DNA of 64,000 nt, from the NCBI GenBank assembly GCA_049968255.1, contig JBMFRB010000002.1, forward strand, positions 224,001 through 288,000, in the 5' to 3' direction. This DNA comes from Candidatus Sumerlaeaceae bacterium (GTDB lineage Bacteria; Sumerlaeota; Sumerlaeia; Sumerlaeales; Sumerlaeaceae). A model generated the notes under the pieces. The model saw nothing but the letters and a program-made list of their open reading frames with translations, was not told the origin of the DNA and made no database searches. Positions 19,792 through 28,700 of this stretch are shown here, one piece after another. A program made the translations under genes and the position numbers. Numbering within the stretch: position 1 is the first letter of the stretch; each line of letters begins with the position of its first letter.

Positions 19792-21471
19792 ATGCAGTGG
19801 TTGACGGATTTGTTCGTGACACATTCAGCCGCGCAGGCTGTCGTCATTTTGTGTGCCGTAGGGGCTCTCGGTCTGGCCTTGGGCAGCGTGCGTATCCTGG
19901 GTGTCAGCCTTGGAATTGGCGGGGTACTCTTCGCAGGATTGCTCTTCGGTCACTTTCGCATCACTCTCAATGAGCAAGTCATGGACTTTGTCCGGGAGTT
20001 CGGTCTCATTCTTTTTGTCTATACGATCGGAATGCAAGTGGGGCCAGGATTTTTCGGGTCGTTACGTCGGCATGGCCTGCGCCTCAATGTGCTTGCTGCT
20101 TCGATCGTGCTCTTGGGACTTGGGCTAAGCGTTGTCATTCACCGTGCTGGAGGAGTTCCAGTACCAGTCGTCGCAGGACTTTTTGCTGGGGCAACGACCA
20201 ACACTCCCGCCTTGGCAGCAGCCCAACAGGCCATGAAAGACGTTGTGGGACTTCCTCCAGAGGCGGTTACGCAACCGGCTCTGGCCTACGCGTTGGCTTA
20301 TCCATTTGGAATCATCGGGATAATTCTGACCATGTTGTTCATTCGTTGGATCTTCCGGATAGATCCGCACGAAGAAGCAAAGAAATTTATGGAACAGCAA
20401 GTGGCGTCAATCCCGCGTCCAGTGACAATGAATATCGAAGTTCAGAATGCGAATTTGGACGGTCTGCCGCTGGAGCGAGTTCCCTTGTATGCGGAGAGTG
20501 GAGTCGTTGTCTCGCGCGTATTGCACAACGATAAGGTTGTGGTCGCTCAGCCCGATACGATCATTCACGTGGGCGACGTGTTGCTCGCGGTGGGACCTCG
20601 CGACAAGCTTGAGGAATTCAAACTGGTTGTGGGCAAAGAAGCTGCGACCGATGTAAGGCGCATCCCAAGCGCAATTACGACAAAGCGCATCATTGTGACG
20701 AAAAAGTCCGCTGTGGGAAAATCTTTGGATGAGCTGGAAACTCCCGCTCTTTACGACGTGGCGATTACACGAGTAAGTCGCAGCGAAATCGAATTCACTC
20801 CGACGCCTGATTTTAAACTCCAGTTTGGCGACACAATTTTAGCGGTGGGAGAGCCTTTTGCGATTCAGAAAGTTGCTCAAGAACTGGGGGATTCTCCGAA
20901 GCAGCTCAATCATCCGCAGATGATTCCCATTCTCATTGGAATTGTTCTGGGCGTGATTGTCGGCTCGTATCCTTTCTTCTTCCCTGGGCTTCCTGCCCCG
21001 GTGCGCTTGGGACTTGCTGGCGGTCCCCTCGTCGTTGCGATTTTACTCAGCCGTTTGGGGCGGCTTGGTCCACTGGTTTGGTACATGCCAATGAGTGCCA
21101 ATTTCATGATGCGAGAGATCGGAATCGTCTTATTTCTGGCATGTGTCGGACTACGTGCGGGTGGGCAATTTGTGGCTACGCTCATGAGTGGTGACGGTCT
21201 GAAGTGGATGGGTTACGGCGTGCTCATCACTTTGATTCCGTTACTGACCGTGGCTCTGTTGGGGCGCTTGTATCTCAAGCAGAATTTTGCGTCGTTGTGC
21301 GGCGTTCTGGCTGGTTCGATGACAGATCCGCCCGCCTTGGCGTTTGCAGGTCAAATCACGGGCTCGGAAGTACCGTACGTGTCTTATGCCACCGTCTATC
21401 CGTTGACCATGTTGCTTCGCGTCCTCGGAGCACAGGCCCTGATACTGGTTCTCATGCGCATGACGGTCTAA
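19792..21471 (+). CDS. AspT/YidE/YbjL family transporter with two TrkA-C domains
   Basis: FGLILFVYTIG.QVGPGFF, GATTNTPAL, LGLAGGPL, GSMTDPPALAF, YATVYPL. Confidence 0.93.
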   Translation: MQWLTDLFVTHSAAQAVVILCAVGALGLALGSVRILGVSLGIGGVLFAGLLFGHFRITLNEQVMDFVREFGLILFVYTIGMQVGPGFFGSLRRHGLRLNVLAASIVLLGLGLSVVIHRAGGVPVPVVAGLFAGATTNTPALAAAQQAMKDVVGLPPEAVTQPALAYALAYPFGIIGIILTMLFIRWIFRIDPHEEAKKFMEQQVASIPRPVTMNIEVQNANLDGLPLERVPLYAESGVVVSRVLHNDKVVVAQPDTIIHVGDVLLAVGPRDKLEEFKLVVGKEAATDVRRIPSAITTKRIIVTKKSAVGKSLDELETPALYDVAITRVSRSEIEFTPTPDFKLQFGDTILAVGEPFAIQKVAQELGDSPKQLNHPQMIPILIGIVLGVIVGSYPFFFPGLPAPVRLGLAGGPLVVAILLSRLGRLGPLVWYMPMSANFMMREIGIVLFLACVGLRAGGQFVATLMSGDGLKWMGYGVLITLIPLLTVALLGRLYLKQNFASLCGVLAGSMTDPPALAFAGQITGSEVPYVSYATVYPLTMLLRVLGAQALILVLMRMTV

Positions 21472-21567
21472 GTGCTCGGCGTGGGTCGGTGTTTACCGCT
21501 TGACTATGGGCTCGCGGCTTTCGCGGCAGGCACCGAGAGAAAATACTCAATGAAACTGAATTGCTGC

Positions 21568-21597
21568 TTGGCAGGGGGGCATGTCGTGTCGTATAGT
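21568..21597 (+). promoter_or_regulatory. Putative sigma70-type promoter of the J-domain/Hsp70 pair
   Basis: TTGGCA-18 nt-TATAGT, plus an extended -10 TGGGATAAT at 21601-21609. Confidence 0.35.
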
Positions 21598-21650
21598 TTG
21601 TGGGATAATTGCAGAGAAGGGTTGAGTGGAAAAAGAAGTCTGTGAGGTAG

Positions 21651-22406
21651 GTGAGTCGCACCTTGGGCAAGAACTACTACGAAATTCTGGGAGTTTCCCG
21701 CAACGCCGGCGAAAAGGAAATCAAAGCGGCGTATCACCGCCTGGCGCGTTCGCTACATCCCGACAAAGCCAGTTCGCCCGAAGAACGTGAGCGTGTCGAG
21801 CAGGAGTTTTCGCTTATTTCGCAAGCATACAATACGCTCAAGGATAAGGACAAGAGGGCAGCGTATGACAAAACTTTAGCTGAGGCCGGACGTAGCCAGC
21901 TCGAAGCTGGTCAGCAGCCACCGAGTGCCAAAAAGCCTATGGGGAGCGAATCGAGTGGGATACAGACCCAGGGCGCAAGTTTGGATAAGTCGCGGGCAGC
22001 TGTGGCACGCCGAGCTTATTTGCGTGGCTTGCAGGCGTTCGCGGCAGGAGAGTATGGCAAAGCCATTGAGTTTTTCGAAGCTGCCATCAAAAATAAGGAC
22101 GATGAACCGGCGTATCATGCCAAGCTTGCCCAGACTTTGCTTCGCGCAAAACGCAGTTTTTCTCGCGCTATCGAAGCGGCCCAGGTGGCAATCCAGTTAG
22201 ATCCCTACAACGTAGACTATCGGCTTCTGTTGGCCGAACTTTATGAGCAAACAGGCGCAAAAACAATGGCGCAGAAAACCTACGAAGAAATCCTGAAGTG
22301 GGATCCCACCAATGAACGAGCTCTGCAGGCTGTGGCCGCGACGCGTCCGCCCACAACATTCGAGAAAATTGTGCGCACCATCAAGAGCTTCCTAGGCAGA
22401 GAGTAA
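21651..22406 (+). CDS. J-domain (DnaJ) protein with C-terminal TPR repeats
   Basis: NYYEILGV, IKAAYHRLARSLHPDK (HPD motif), AYNTL, followed by about 3 TPR units. Confidence 0.92.
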   Translation: MSRTLGKNYYEILGVSRNAGEKEIKAAYHRLARSLHPDKASSPEERERVEQEFSLISQAYNTLKDKDKRAAYDKTLAEAGRSQLEAGQQPPSAKKPMGSESSGIQTQGASLDKSRAAVARRAYLRGLQAFAAGEYGKAIEFFEAAIKNKDDEPAYHAKLAQTLLRAKRSFSRAIEAAQVAIQLDPYNVDYRLLLAELYEQTGAKTMAQKTYEEILKWDPTNERALQAVAATRPPTTFEKIVRTIKSFLGRE

Positions 22407-22414
22407 GGGCAGTC

Positions 22415-24235
22415 ATGGAGCGAGTCATCGGAATTGATCTTGGGACCACAAACTCCGTTGTCGCCTACTTTGAGCAAGGCCGGCCAGTAGTTATGCATAA
22501 CGCGGATGGAAGTAAGCTTACGCCGTCCGTCGTTTTCTTCAAAAGTCCAAACGAGATTGTAGTAGGCGAACTTGCCAAACGAAACTTGGTGCTCTACCCC
22601 AAGCAGGTCATTCGCTCAGTCAAACGCTTTATGGGATCGCGATTTTCAGAGCTTGGGGAAAAACTGCAGGGAATATCGTATGACGTGGTTGCTGGGCCAG
22701 ATGATAGCGTGATGATCGATGTCGGCTGGGCTCGAGTTACACCCGAGCAGGTCTCTGCAGAAATTCTTGTAAAGATGAAAAGTGCTGCCGAAGAGTTTTT
22801 TGGGGAGCCCATAAAGCAAGCCGTCATTACGGTTCCTGCCTACTTCAACGACAGTCAGCGATCGGCAACCAAGCGAGCGGGGGAGTTGGCCGGGCTCAAT
22901 GTTTTACGAATCATCAACGAGCCGACTGCTGCTGCCCTCGCCTATGGAATTGACCGAAATGTTCAGCAGGCCGTAGCCGTGTTCGACTTCGGTGGGGGAA
23001 CGACCGACGTGACGATTCTCGAAATTGATAAAGACGTCATCGAGGCGCGTTCCACGCACGGCGACACTTTTTTGGGGGGCGACAATATTGACGATGCACT
23101 GGCTAAGTTCTTAGTCGAGCGCTTCTACGAAGAGACAGGAGTGGATTTGGCGGCTGACCCCGTGACCTACCAGCGAGTACGAGAGGTTGCGGAAAAAGTG
23201 AAATGTGAGCTATCCACTACCACTGAGTCCGTTGCGAGCATTCCTTTTATTGCTGCCGCGCCCAATGGCACGCCTTTGCACCTTCATTGCGTAGTTTCAC
23301 GTGATCAGTTGGAGGCATTGCTGCAGCCGTTTTTACCTCGTCTTATTGAATGTTGTCGCATTGCGTTGGATGATGCTCGGCTGACACGTGCGGACATCGC
23401 TAACATTTTGTTGGTCGGGGGCTCCACTCGTATTCCCGCTGTTGTCAAAGCCCTTGCAAAGTTTTTCGGACGCCAGCCCTCACGCATTCTTAATCCGGAC
23501 GAAGCCGTCGCCATGGGGGCTGCAATTCAAGGCTCTATTATCACCGGCGCTCTGCGCGAGGTTTTGCTCCTTGATGTTACCCCTTTGTCTTTAGGGATCG
23601 AAACCGAAGGTGGCGTATTTACCCCGTTAATTCCACGCAACAGTTCCATTCCGGTGGCTGTGCACAAACAGTTCACCACGGTGCGGGATAATCAGACCTC
23701 AGTAAAAATTCATGTGCTGCAGGGCGAGCGACGCATAGCCGCCGAGAATCACAGCCTTGGTTGGTTTCGGCTCACTGGCATCACACCAGCACCTAAGGAA
23801 ATCCCTTGTATTGACGTTTGTTTTCAAATTGATGCGAACGGTCTTCTTCATGTCAGCGCGACGGAAGTTACCTCAGGCGTGTCAAATTCCATTACGATAG
23901 AGAGTTTTGGCAACGTAGATCCGGAAGAGGCCGAACGCTTGGCCGCGCAAGCTCAGGCAGCGGCGGATGCCGATCGCGAATTTATGCGAAAAGTGTCGTT
24001 CCAGCGACAGGGAAAACAGTTAGTGGAAGAATTTGAAGCTCTGTTGGCTACCTCTGAGCGCTCCCTGGATCCTACGACGGTCCAAAGCCTCCGAGAGGCA
24101 ATTTTCCGGTTCGAAGTCGCTGCAGCGTCTCAGAAACTCGATGAGATTGAACGTGCCGTTCAAGGGCTACAGGAATACGCGAAAATTCTAGGGGACCGCT
24201 TGCTTGCGAAACGGATTGAGTCGCTCGAAGAATAA
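22415..24235 (+). CDS. Hsp70/DnaK paralogue
   Basis: GIDLGTTNS, ITVPAYFNDSQR, INEPTAAALAYG, DFGGGTTD, LVGGSTRIP, VLLLDVTPLSLGIET linker. Confidence 0.93.
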   Translation: MERVIGIDLGTTNSVVAYFEQGRPVVMHNADGSKLTPSVVFFKSPNEIVVGELAKRNLVLYPKQVIRSVKRFMGSRFSELGEKLQGISYDVVAGPDDSVMIDVGWARVTPEQVSAEILVKMKSAAEEFFGEPIKQAVITVPAYFNDSQRSATKRAGELAGLNVLRIINEPTAAALAYGIDRNVQQAVAVFDFGGGTTDVTILEIDKDVIEARSTHGDTFLGGDNIDDALAKFLVERFYEETGVDLAADPVTYQRVREVAEKVKCELSTTTESVASIPFIAAAPNGTPLHLHCVVSRDQLEALLQPFLPRLIECCRIALDDARLTRADIANILLVGGSTRIPAVVKALAKFFGRQPSRILNPDEAVAMGAAIQGSIITGALREVLLLDVTPLSLGIETEGGVFTPLIPRNSSIPVAVHKQFTTVRDNQTSVKIHVLQGERRIAAENHSLGWFRLTGITPAPKEIPCIDVCFQIDANGLLHVSATEVTSGVSNSITIESFGNVDPEEAERLAAQAQAAADADREFMRKVSFQRQGKQLVEEFEALLATSERSLDPTTVQSLREAIFRFEVAAASQKLDEIERAVQGLQEYAKILGDRLLAKRIESLEE

Positions 24236-24838
24236 TCTAATGGGCGACTTTTTCTGCTTTCTCACCGGTTCCTCTTTGGCCGCATAATATCGACTTTCGG
24301 CTCGCGTCACGATCTCTTTCACGCCAGGTTTTTGGCTGTTCCGAAAGCGTTCCATGATGTCCTTATAGATTTTTTGTGACTCCGAAAAACGCTTCTGACG
24401 GTCGAGGGAAATAGCGATGTTGAGCATCGAGCGGGCAACAATATAATCGTTGTCTGCCCATCGTTGCAAAGCCTCGTGGAACATGCCTTGGGCTTGCTGG
24501 TCCTGGCCAAGCTCTGCATAAGCTTCTGCGATAGATACGAAAGCGACCGGTGTGTAGACGGTATCGTTTGGGAAATTTTCAACTACCTTCGAGTAACATT
24601 GGATTATTCGATCGAGCTGAATCCGTCGCCGGTTTTTATCGAAGGAGGGGAGCATTGCTGCTTGCAGCGACGCCGCATAAGCGTATTGTTCGCGCGCGCT
24701 TTCGAAGTCCGGTATGACAAGCTTTTTGGGTTCGGACCTCCGAAATAGGCTAAAGGCAGAAAGATGGGCAGGTGTGAAGACTAGTGCAGAAGTGAGCAAG
24801 ACAACGCTCGTCAGAGCCATCAACAAGTGCTTCAGCAT
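24188..24838 (-). CDS. Secreted TPR protein
   Basis: Signal peptide; TPR-like units (YSKVVENFP, YKDIMERF). Confidence 0.75.
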   Translation of the reverse strand: MLKHLLMALTSVVLLTSALVFTPAHLSAFSLFRRSEPKKLVIPDFESAREQYAYAASLQAAMLPSFDKNRRRIQLDRIIQCYSKVVENFPNDTVYTPVAFVSIAEAYAELGQDQQAQGMFHEALQRWADNDYIVARSMLNIAISLDRQKRFSESQKIYKDIMERFRNSQKPGVKEIVTRAESRYYAAKEEPVRKQKKSPIRLFFERLNPFRKQAVP

Positions 24839-24910
24839 TTTCGTCTTTTCCTCACTTTTTAGAAACATTCGTTTCTGCGCTGGCTAAGCAGACAGACATT
24901 CGAGCGTTCT

Positions 24911-25627
24911 TCAACAGCCGGTTGCTCTTGCGATTCCTGCGCGGAGATTAGCAATGTTTGTGGACACATCTCCATTGGCGAAGACGGCGGAGCCAGCGAC
25001 CAAAACTTCAGCTCCGGCAGCCACAACCAGCTCGATAGTGTCGCTATTGATGCCCCCATCCACCTGGATGAGGAAGCGTGCATGCTGGCGCTCACGCAAA
25101 CGGCGCAATGTCCGGATTTTGTTCAAACAGGATGGGATCATTGTCTGGCCGCCAAAGCCCGGCTCGACTGTCATGACAAGCACCAGATCGACTTCCTTGA
25201 GGAGTTTCTCTATGCGCCCAACGGGCGTGGGCGGGCGAAGCGAAATTCCTACCTGCATCTTGTGCGCGCGGATGAGCTCGACTAGTTCCGGGGCTTTGTC
25301 GGGACAAGATTCGTAGTGAAACGTAAAGAGCTGGACGCCGGCGTCGGCACAGGGCTTGACCAAGGTCTGAGGGGCCTTCACCATGAGGTGTGCATCAAAG
25401 AAGGCTTTTTGCGACACTTTTCGCAAACTTTTGATGACGGGGGGGCCAAAAGTGAGATTGGGAACAAAATGATTGTCCATGACATCAAGGTGAATCCACG
25501 TACACCCCTCCCGCAGAACTCGGCGAATGTCTTTGCCAAGAGCAGAAAAATCGGCGCTCAGAAGTGACGGCGCAATAATTGGCTGTGGAGCGTGCGAACG
25601 CTCAACCGGCGTGTACGCAAACTTCAA
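24911..25627 (-). CDS. rpe: Ribulose-phosphate 3-epimerase
   Basis: IAPSLLSADF, HLDVMDNHFVPNLTFG, DAHLMV, MTVEPGFGGQ, QVDGGI, VAGSAVF. Confidence 0.97.
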   Translation of the reverse strand: MKFAYTPVERSHAPQPIIAPSLLSADFSALGKDIRRVLREGCTWIHLDVMDNHFVPNLTFGPPVIKSLRKVSQKAFFDAHLMVKAPQTLVKPCADAGVQLFTFHYESCPDKAPELVELIRAHKMQVGISLRPPTPVGRIEKLLKEVDLVLVMTVEPGFGGQTMIPSCLNKIRTLRRLRERQHARFLIQVDGGINSDTIELVVAAGAEVLVAGSAVFANGDVSTNIANLRAGIARATGC

Positions 25628-25652
25628 GATGGACTCTACCTCCGCAGGAATA

Positions 25653-27032
25653 CTATCGTGCTTGGCTTAGTCTGTTCTTTTTTTCGCGTGCTGCAATGGC
25701 TTCCTGACTGCTGGGCGGAGCCAGTTCAAGGATCTTTGTCAGTGCTGCCAGAGCCCCTTGAATATTCTCTATCTTTTCCCGCACAGAGGCTTGTAGCTGG
25801 TAAGCATCGAGGTTCCGTGGATCCTGGGCCAGAACTTTGGAGACTTCTTGGTCAGCTAGTTCGAGGTGGCACCTGGCATCTTCGGTCTTCAGCAAAATCC
25901 CACAATAATAATGGGCGTTGGCAAGGTGAAGCCGGAAGGTTGCAGAAGAGGGAGCTAATCGCACAGCTTTATCGTAGGCTGAAACTGCCTGGAGGAGCTT
26001 GTTCTTTTCGAGGAGACTGGTCCCTAACAAATCGTAGGTGCGAGCTAATTCTTCAGCATATGTTGCTCTAAGGCCTGAGTCTGAAATCCGGTCGATCTGA
26101 TTGCTTAGCAATGTGGCCGCCTCTTCATAGCGTTGCTGGCGGATATAGTCTTTTGCTAGCCGCAGAATCTGCAGCGACTCGCCATTCGGCGCCGGGGCTG
26201 GTCCTCGCCCTGCTACCGGTGTGGGTGCTGGTGTCGCAGTTTGCCCAGCGACCATGCCTTCAGGATAGGCAGATTTGTGAAAAAAGAATTTTCGATAGCT
26301 CACCGCCGACGAAGCGATCAAGAAGAGCGCGATAGTGCCGTAAACAGCAAAAACTGCTTGTACATGTGGCGAAACGTGTGGCAGCCATCGTTGCCAGTCG
26401 TGGCGCCAATCGCGCGTTACGGGGTCAGAAAAGTGCCTAGCTGTCGTAGGGCGAGATTGGGTGGCTACGGATTTTTTTGCTAAATGGGGAGATGAGCCAG
26501 CTAACGACCTTTTCTTATCACTGGGAGCAACAGGCTGATCCGAGCCAGGCGGTTTCGGCCCTATCGACGTTTGACGAGTTGTCTTTCTGTCAGCGAAGAA
26601 TTCATCCGCGCTCAATCCCATGCAGACATCTGCATCGTTCGCCGCTGCATCGGTCTTCGTCACGATCGACTGCTTATCGTCATTACCTTGGTAATCCGCG
26701 ACTGGTGCGAAAGTCCACAGGTCCTGCTCGCGGGGCTGAACTATACGTGAAATTTCTGACCGCTCCTCTTGAGGCCGAGGCGTAGCGACTCCTTCTTCTA
26801 CTCGATGCTCTGCAACAGTGTGTTCTTGCGGTTCTTTCCGCTTAGGGGCCGCAGGTATATTATCACTGAGTTTTTCGAGTAAGTTTTCGAGTCTTTCTCG
26901 GATGTCACTGCGGAAAGGTGCAAGTTTCTGGCAGCGCGTTAGCAGTTCTTTTGCGGTTTCAAGGTCCCCACGGGCTTGTGCATCATCCGCTGCAGCAAGC
27001 AGTTTTTCCATAGTCTTCTTTTGCTCTTCCAT
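25653..27032 (-). CDS. Bitopic membrane protein with disordered N-region and C-terminal TPR repeats
   Basis: N-terminal TPR-like unit, low-complexity linker, one TM (VFAVYGTIALFLIASSAV), PT-rich linker, several TPRs. Confidence 0.75.
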   Translation of the reverse strand: MEEQKKTMEKLLAAADDAQARGDLETAKELLTRCQKLAPFRSDIRERLENLLEKLSDNIPAAPKRKEPQEHTVAEHRVEEGVATPRPQEERSEISRIVQPREQDLWTFAPVADYQGNDDKQSIVTKTDAAANDADVCMGLSADEFFADRKTTRQTSIGPKPPGSDQPVAPSDKKRSLAGSSPHLAKKSVATQSRPTTARHFSDPVTRDWRHDWQRWLPHVSPHVQAVFAVYGTIALFLIASSAVSYRKFFFHKSAYPEGMVAGQTATPAPTPVAGRGPAPAPNGESLQILRLAKDYIRQQRYEEAATLLSNQIDRISDSGLRATYAEELARTYDLLGTSLLEKNKLLQAVSAYDKAVRLAPSSATFRLHLANAHYYCGILLKTEDARCHLELADQEVSKVLAQDPRNLDAYQLQASVREKIENIQGALAALTKILELAPPSSQEAIAAREKKNRLSQAR

Positions 27033-27182
27033 TGCTCAACAGCCTCAACAGGAACGGGATCGCTTAGCACCGATTTCTCGTAAATTCCTTTAGGGAAATT
27101 GGGCAGCTTTGGCAAATCAAAATTGTTTCATCTCATGCCAAAAATAATAAAGAAGCGGTGCGGTAAACAACAAAGCTAACTC

Positions 27183-27479
27183 ATGAGGCGTACACCAACA
27201 CGTATTGCGCAACGGTTAGCGTTTTCTGCGCTCATCATTCTCGCGTTTTTTTACACGCATGCCGTTTTTCATCATCTCTGGCAGGATCACCCCCTTGATC
27301 AACGATGTTCCCTCGTTGTTTTTCTCACCCAATGCAGTTCAGAACCTTACAGCGTTCCCGACCTCAAACTGTCGTGGGTCCCTAGTTATGTCATCGCACT
27401 AGTGAATCAGTCGGCTAGCCAGTTATTTCATTTCATTCTTCCGCTAGTTCGTGCGCCACCGACCGGCGTTCCGTCGTGA
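27183..27479 (+). CDS. DUF2946-like leader protein with His cluster and C-terminal RAPP arrest motif
   Basis: Basic N-terminus, hydrophobic segment, HAVFHHLWQDH, Cys, and RAPP five codons before the stop. Confidence 0.7.
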   Translation: MRRTPTRIAQRLAFSALIILAFFYTHAVFHHLWQDHPLDQRCSLVVFLTQCSSEPYSVPDLKLSWVPSYVIALVNQSASQLFHFILPLVRAPPTGVPS

Positions 27480-27569
27480 GCCCAGTTTTTGTCTAGCCAT
27501 CTGTTAGGTGCCAGATTACGCAAGATCAATCGGATTGCTCCGAAAAGAAGATTCGCAAAGGAGACACAC

Positions 27570-28187
27570 ATGAAAAAACATGGCTTCACCCTGATTGAAC
27601 TTCTCATCGTTGTCGCGATTATTGCGATTCTGGCGGCGATTGCGGTTCCAAACTTTCTTGAAGCCCAGGTGCGTTCAAAGGTTGCACGCGCAAAAGCCGA
27701 TATGCGCTCCACAGCTACAGCCCTCGAGGCGTACGCCGTTGACCACAATGCATATCCGCCACCGATTGAATTCTTTCTTGTTAGCCCGGGAAATTGGCAT
27801 GTGAAAGAACCTCCGGATGATCCGTTCGAGGGTTTCATGAGCCATCGTCTTACGACGCCTGTTGGTTACATCACATCGTTGCCCATTGATGTGTTTGAGG
27901 TGGCGGATGAGAACGAGCATCCCCGAAAGGTCTCGTGGCACTACAGCGAGCAGCGGACGAATGAAACACTTCCCACGCCTGAGCCTGATTTCCTAAAGGA
28001 TTTAGCTGACCAGGTTGGGTACTCAGGAGCAAGCCAGGTTCGTTGGCTTATGTTCAGTCATGGCCCCGATCTCAAACACCAGGATGGATCGCCGGAAAAC
28101 GGCGACCCGGTGCAATATGATCCAACCAACGGCACGATTTCGCGGGGGGATATTTACTTTTTTGGCCCCGGTGTTGGGTTGAGGTAG
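27570..28187 (+). CDS. Prepilin-type N-terminal cleavage/methylation protein (type IV pilin/pseudopilin-like)
   Basis: KKHG|FTLIELLIVVAIIAILAAIAVP class III signal with Glu5; LTTPVGYI, SHGPD, YDPTNGT.S.GD; AAGGAG SD. Confidence 0.93.
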   Translation: MKKHGFTLIELLIVVAIIAILAAIAVPNFLEAQVRSKVARAKADMRSTATALEAYAVDHNAYPPPIEFFLVSPGNWHVKEPPDDPFEGFMSHRLTTPVGYITSLPIDVFEVADENEHPRKVSWHYSEQRTNETLPTPEPDFLKDLADQVGYSGASQVRWLMFSHGPDLKHQDGSPENGDPVQYDPTNGTISRGDIYFFGPGVGLR

Positions 28188-28190
28188 AAC

Positions 28191-28541
28191 GTGATGCGGC
28201 GCAAGCGATGGCTCATTTTAGTGTTACTGTGCTTATTGGCCGTAATCGTATGGTGGCGCAGGGAAATCCTTTGGCAGACGGGAGTTCTTCCTCCGCCGGA
28301 ACAGGTGGAGCGCCGGGTAACGCTGACCTTTTCCGGCAACTTGGGAGACCTGGCGAAAGATCTCGAGCGCCAGACGGGTCTGCACTATGAAGTTGCAGAC
28401 GAACTTCGCGAGCAGTCAGTGAAGTTCGAGTGTCGCGACGCACCGGTCTTTCGTGTTCACATGCTTCTCAGCAAGCAAGCAAATGTGTCGTTGGTGCGTG
28501 ACGAGATTGGAAACACCATTCACATTGTCGCGAAAAGGTAG
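28191..28541 (+). CDS. Small membrane-anchored protein with STN-like (secretin/TonB N-terminal) domain
   Basis: TM anchor, then LTFSGNLGDLAKDLERQTGLHY...VKFECRDAPVFRVHMLLSKQANV...GNTIHI, resembling the STN/N0 pattern. Confidence 0.65.
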   Translation: MMRRKRWLILVLLCLLAVIVWWRREILWQTGVLPPPEQVERRVTLTFSGNLGDLAKDLERQTGLHYEVADELREQSVKFECRDAPVFRVHMLLSKQANVSLVRDEIGNTIHIVAKR

Positions 28542-28588
28542 GGGGAATTTCCCTTATTTTTTGCGTCAACGAATGGGGAGAAATCTTG

Positions 28589-28623
28589 AGCAGCGCAGGC
28601 AAAAAGTGCCTGCGCTGCTTTTT
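28589..28623 (+). terminator. Rho-independent terminator
   Basis: Perfect 13-bp stem AGCAGCGCAGGCA-AAAAG-TGCCTGCGCTGCT followed by a T tract. Confidence 0.8.
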
Positions 28624-28700
28624 CTTGATAATCATTGCGCTACACCGCACCGCAGTAAAGTAATAGCGAGGCTCAAAAGCAGCAAACTCGGCAACCACTG

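Noticed and set aside
28626-28640. Fur-box-like TGATAATCATTGCGC upstream of the kinase gene
   Set aside because: Only one half-site matches well and it abuts the terminator T tract
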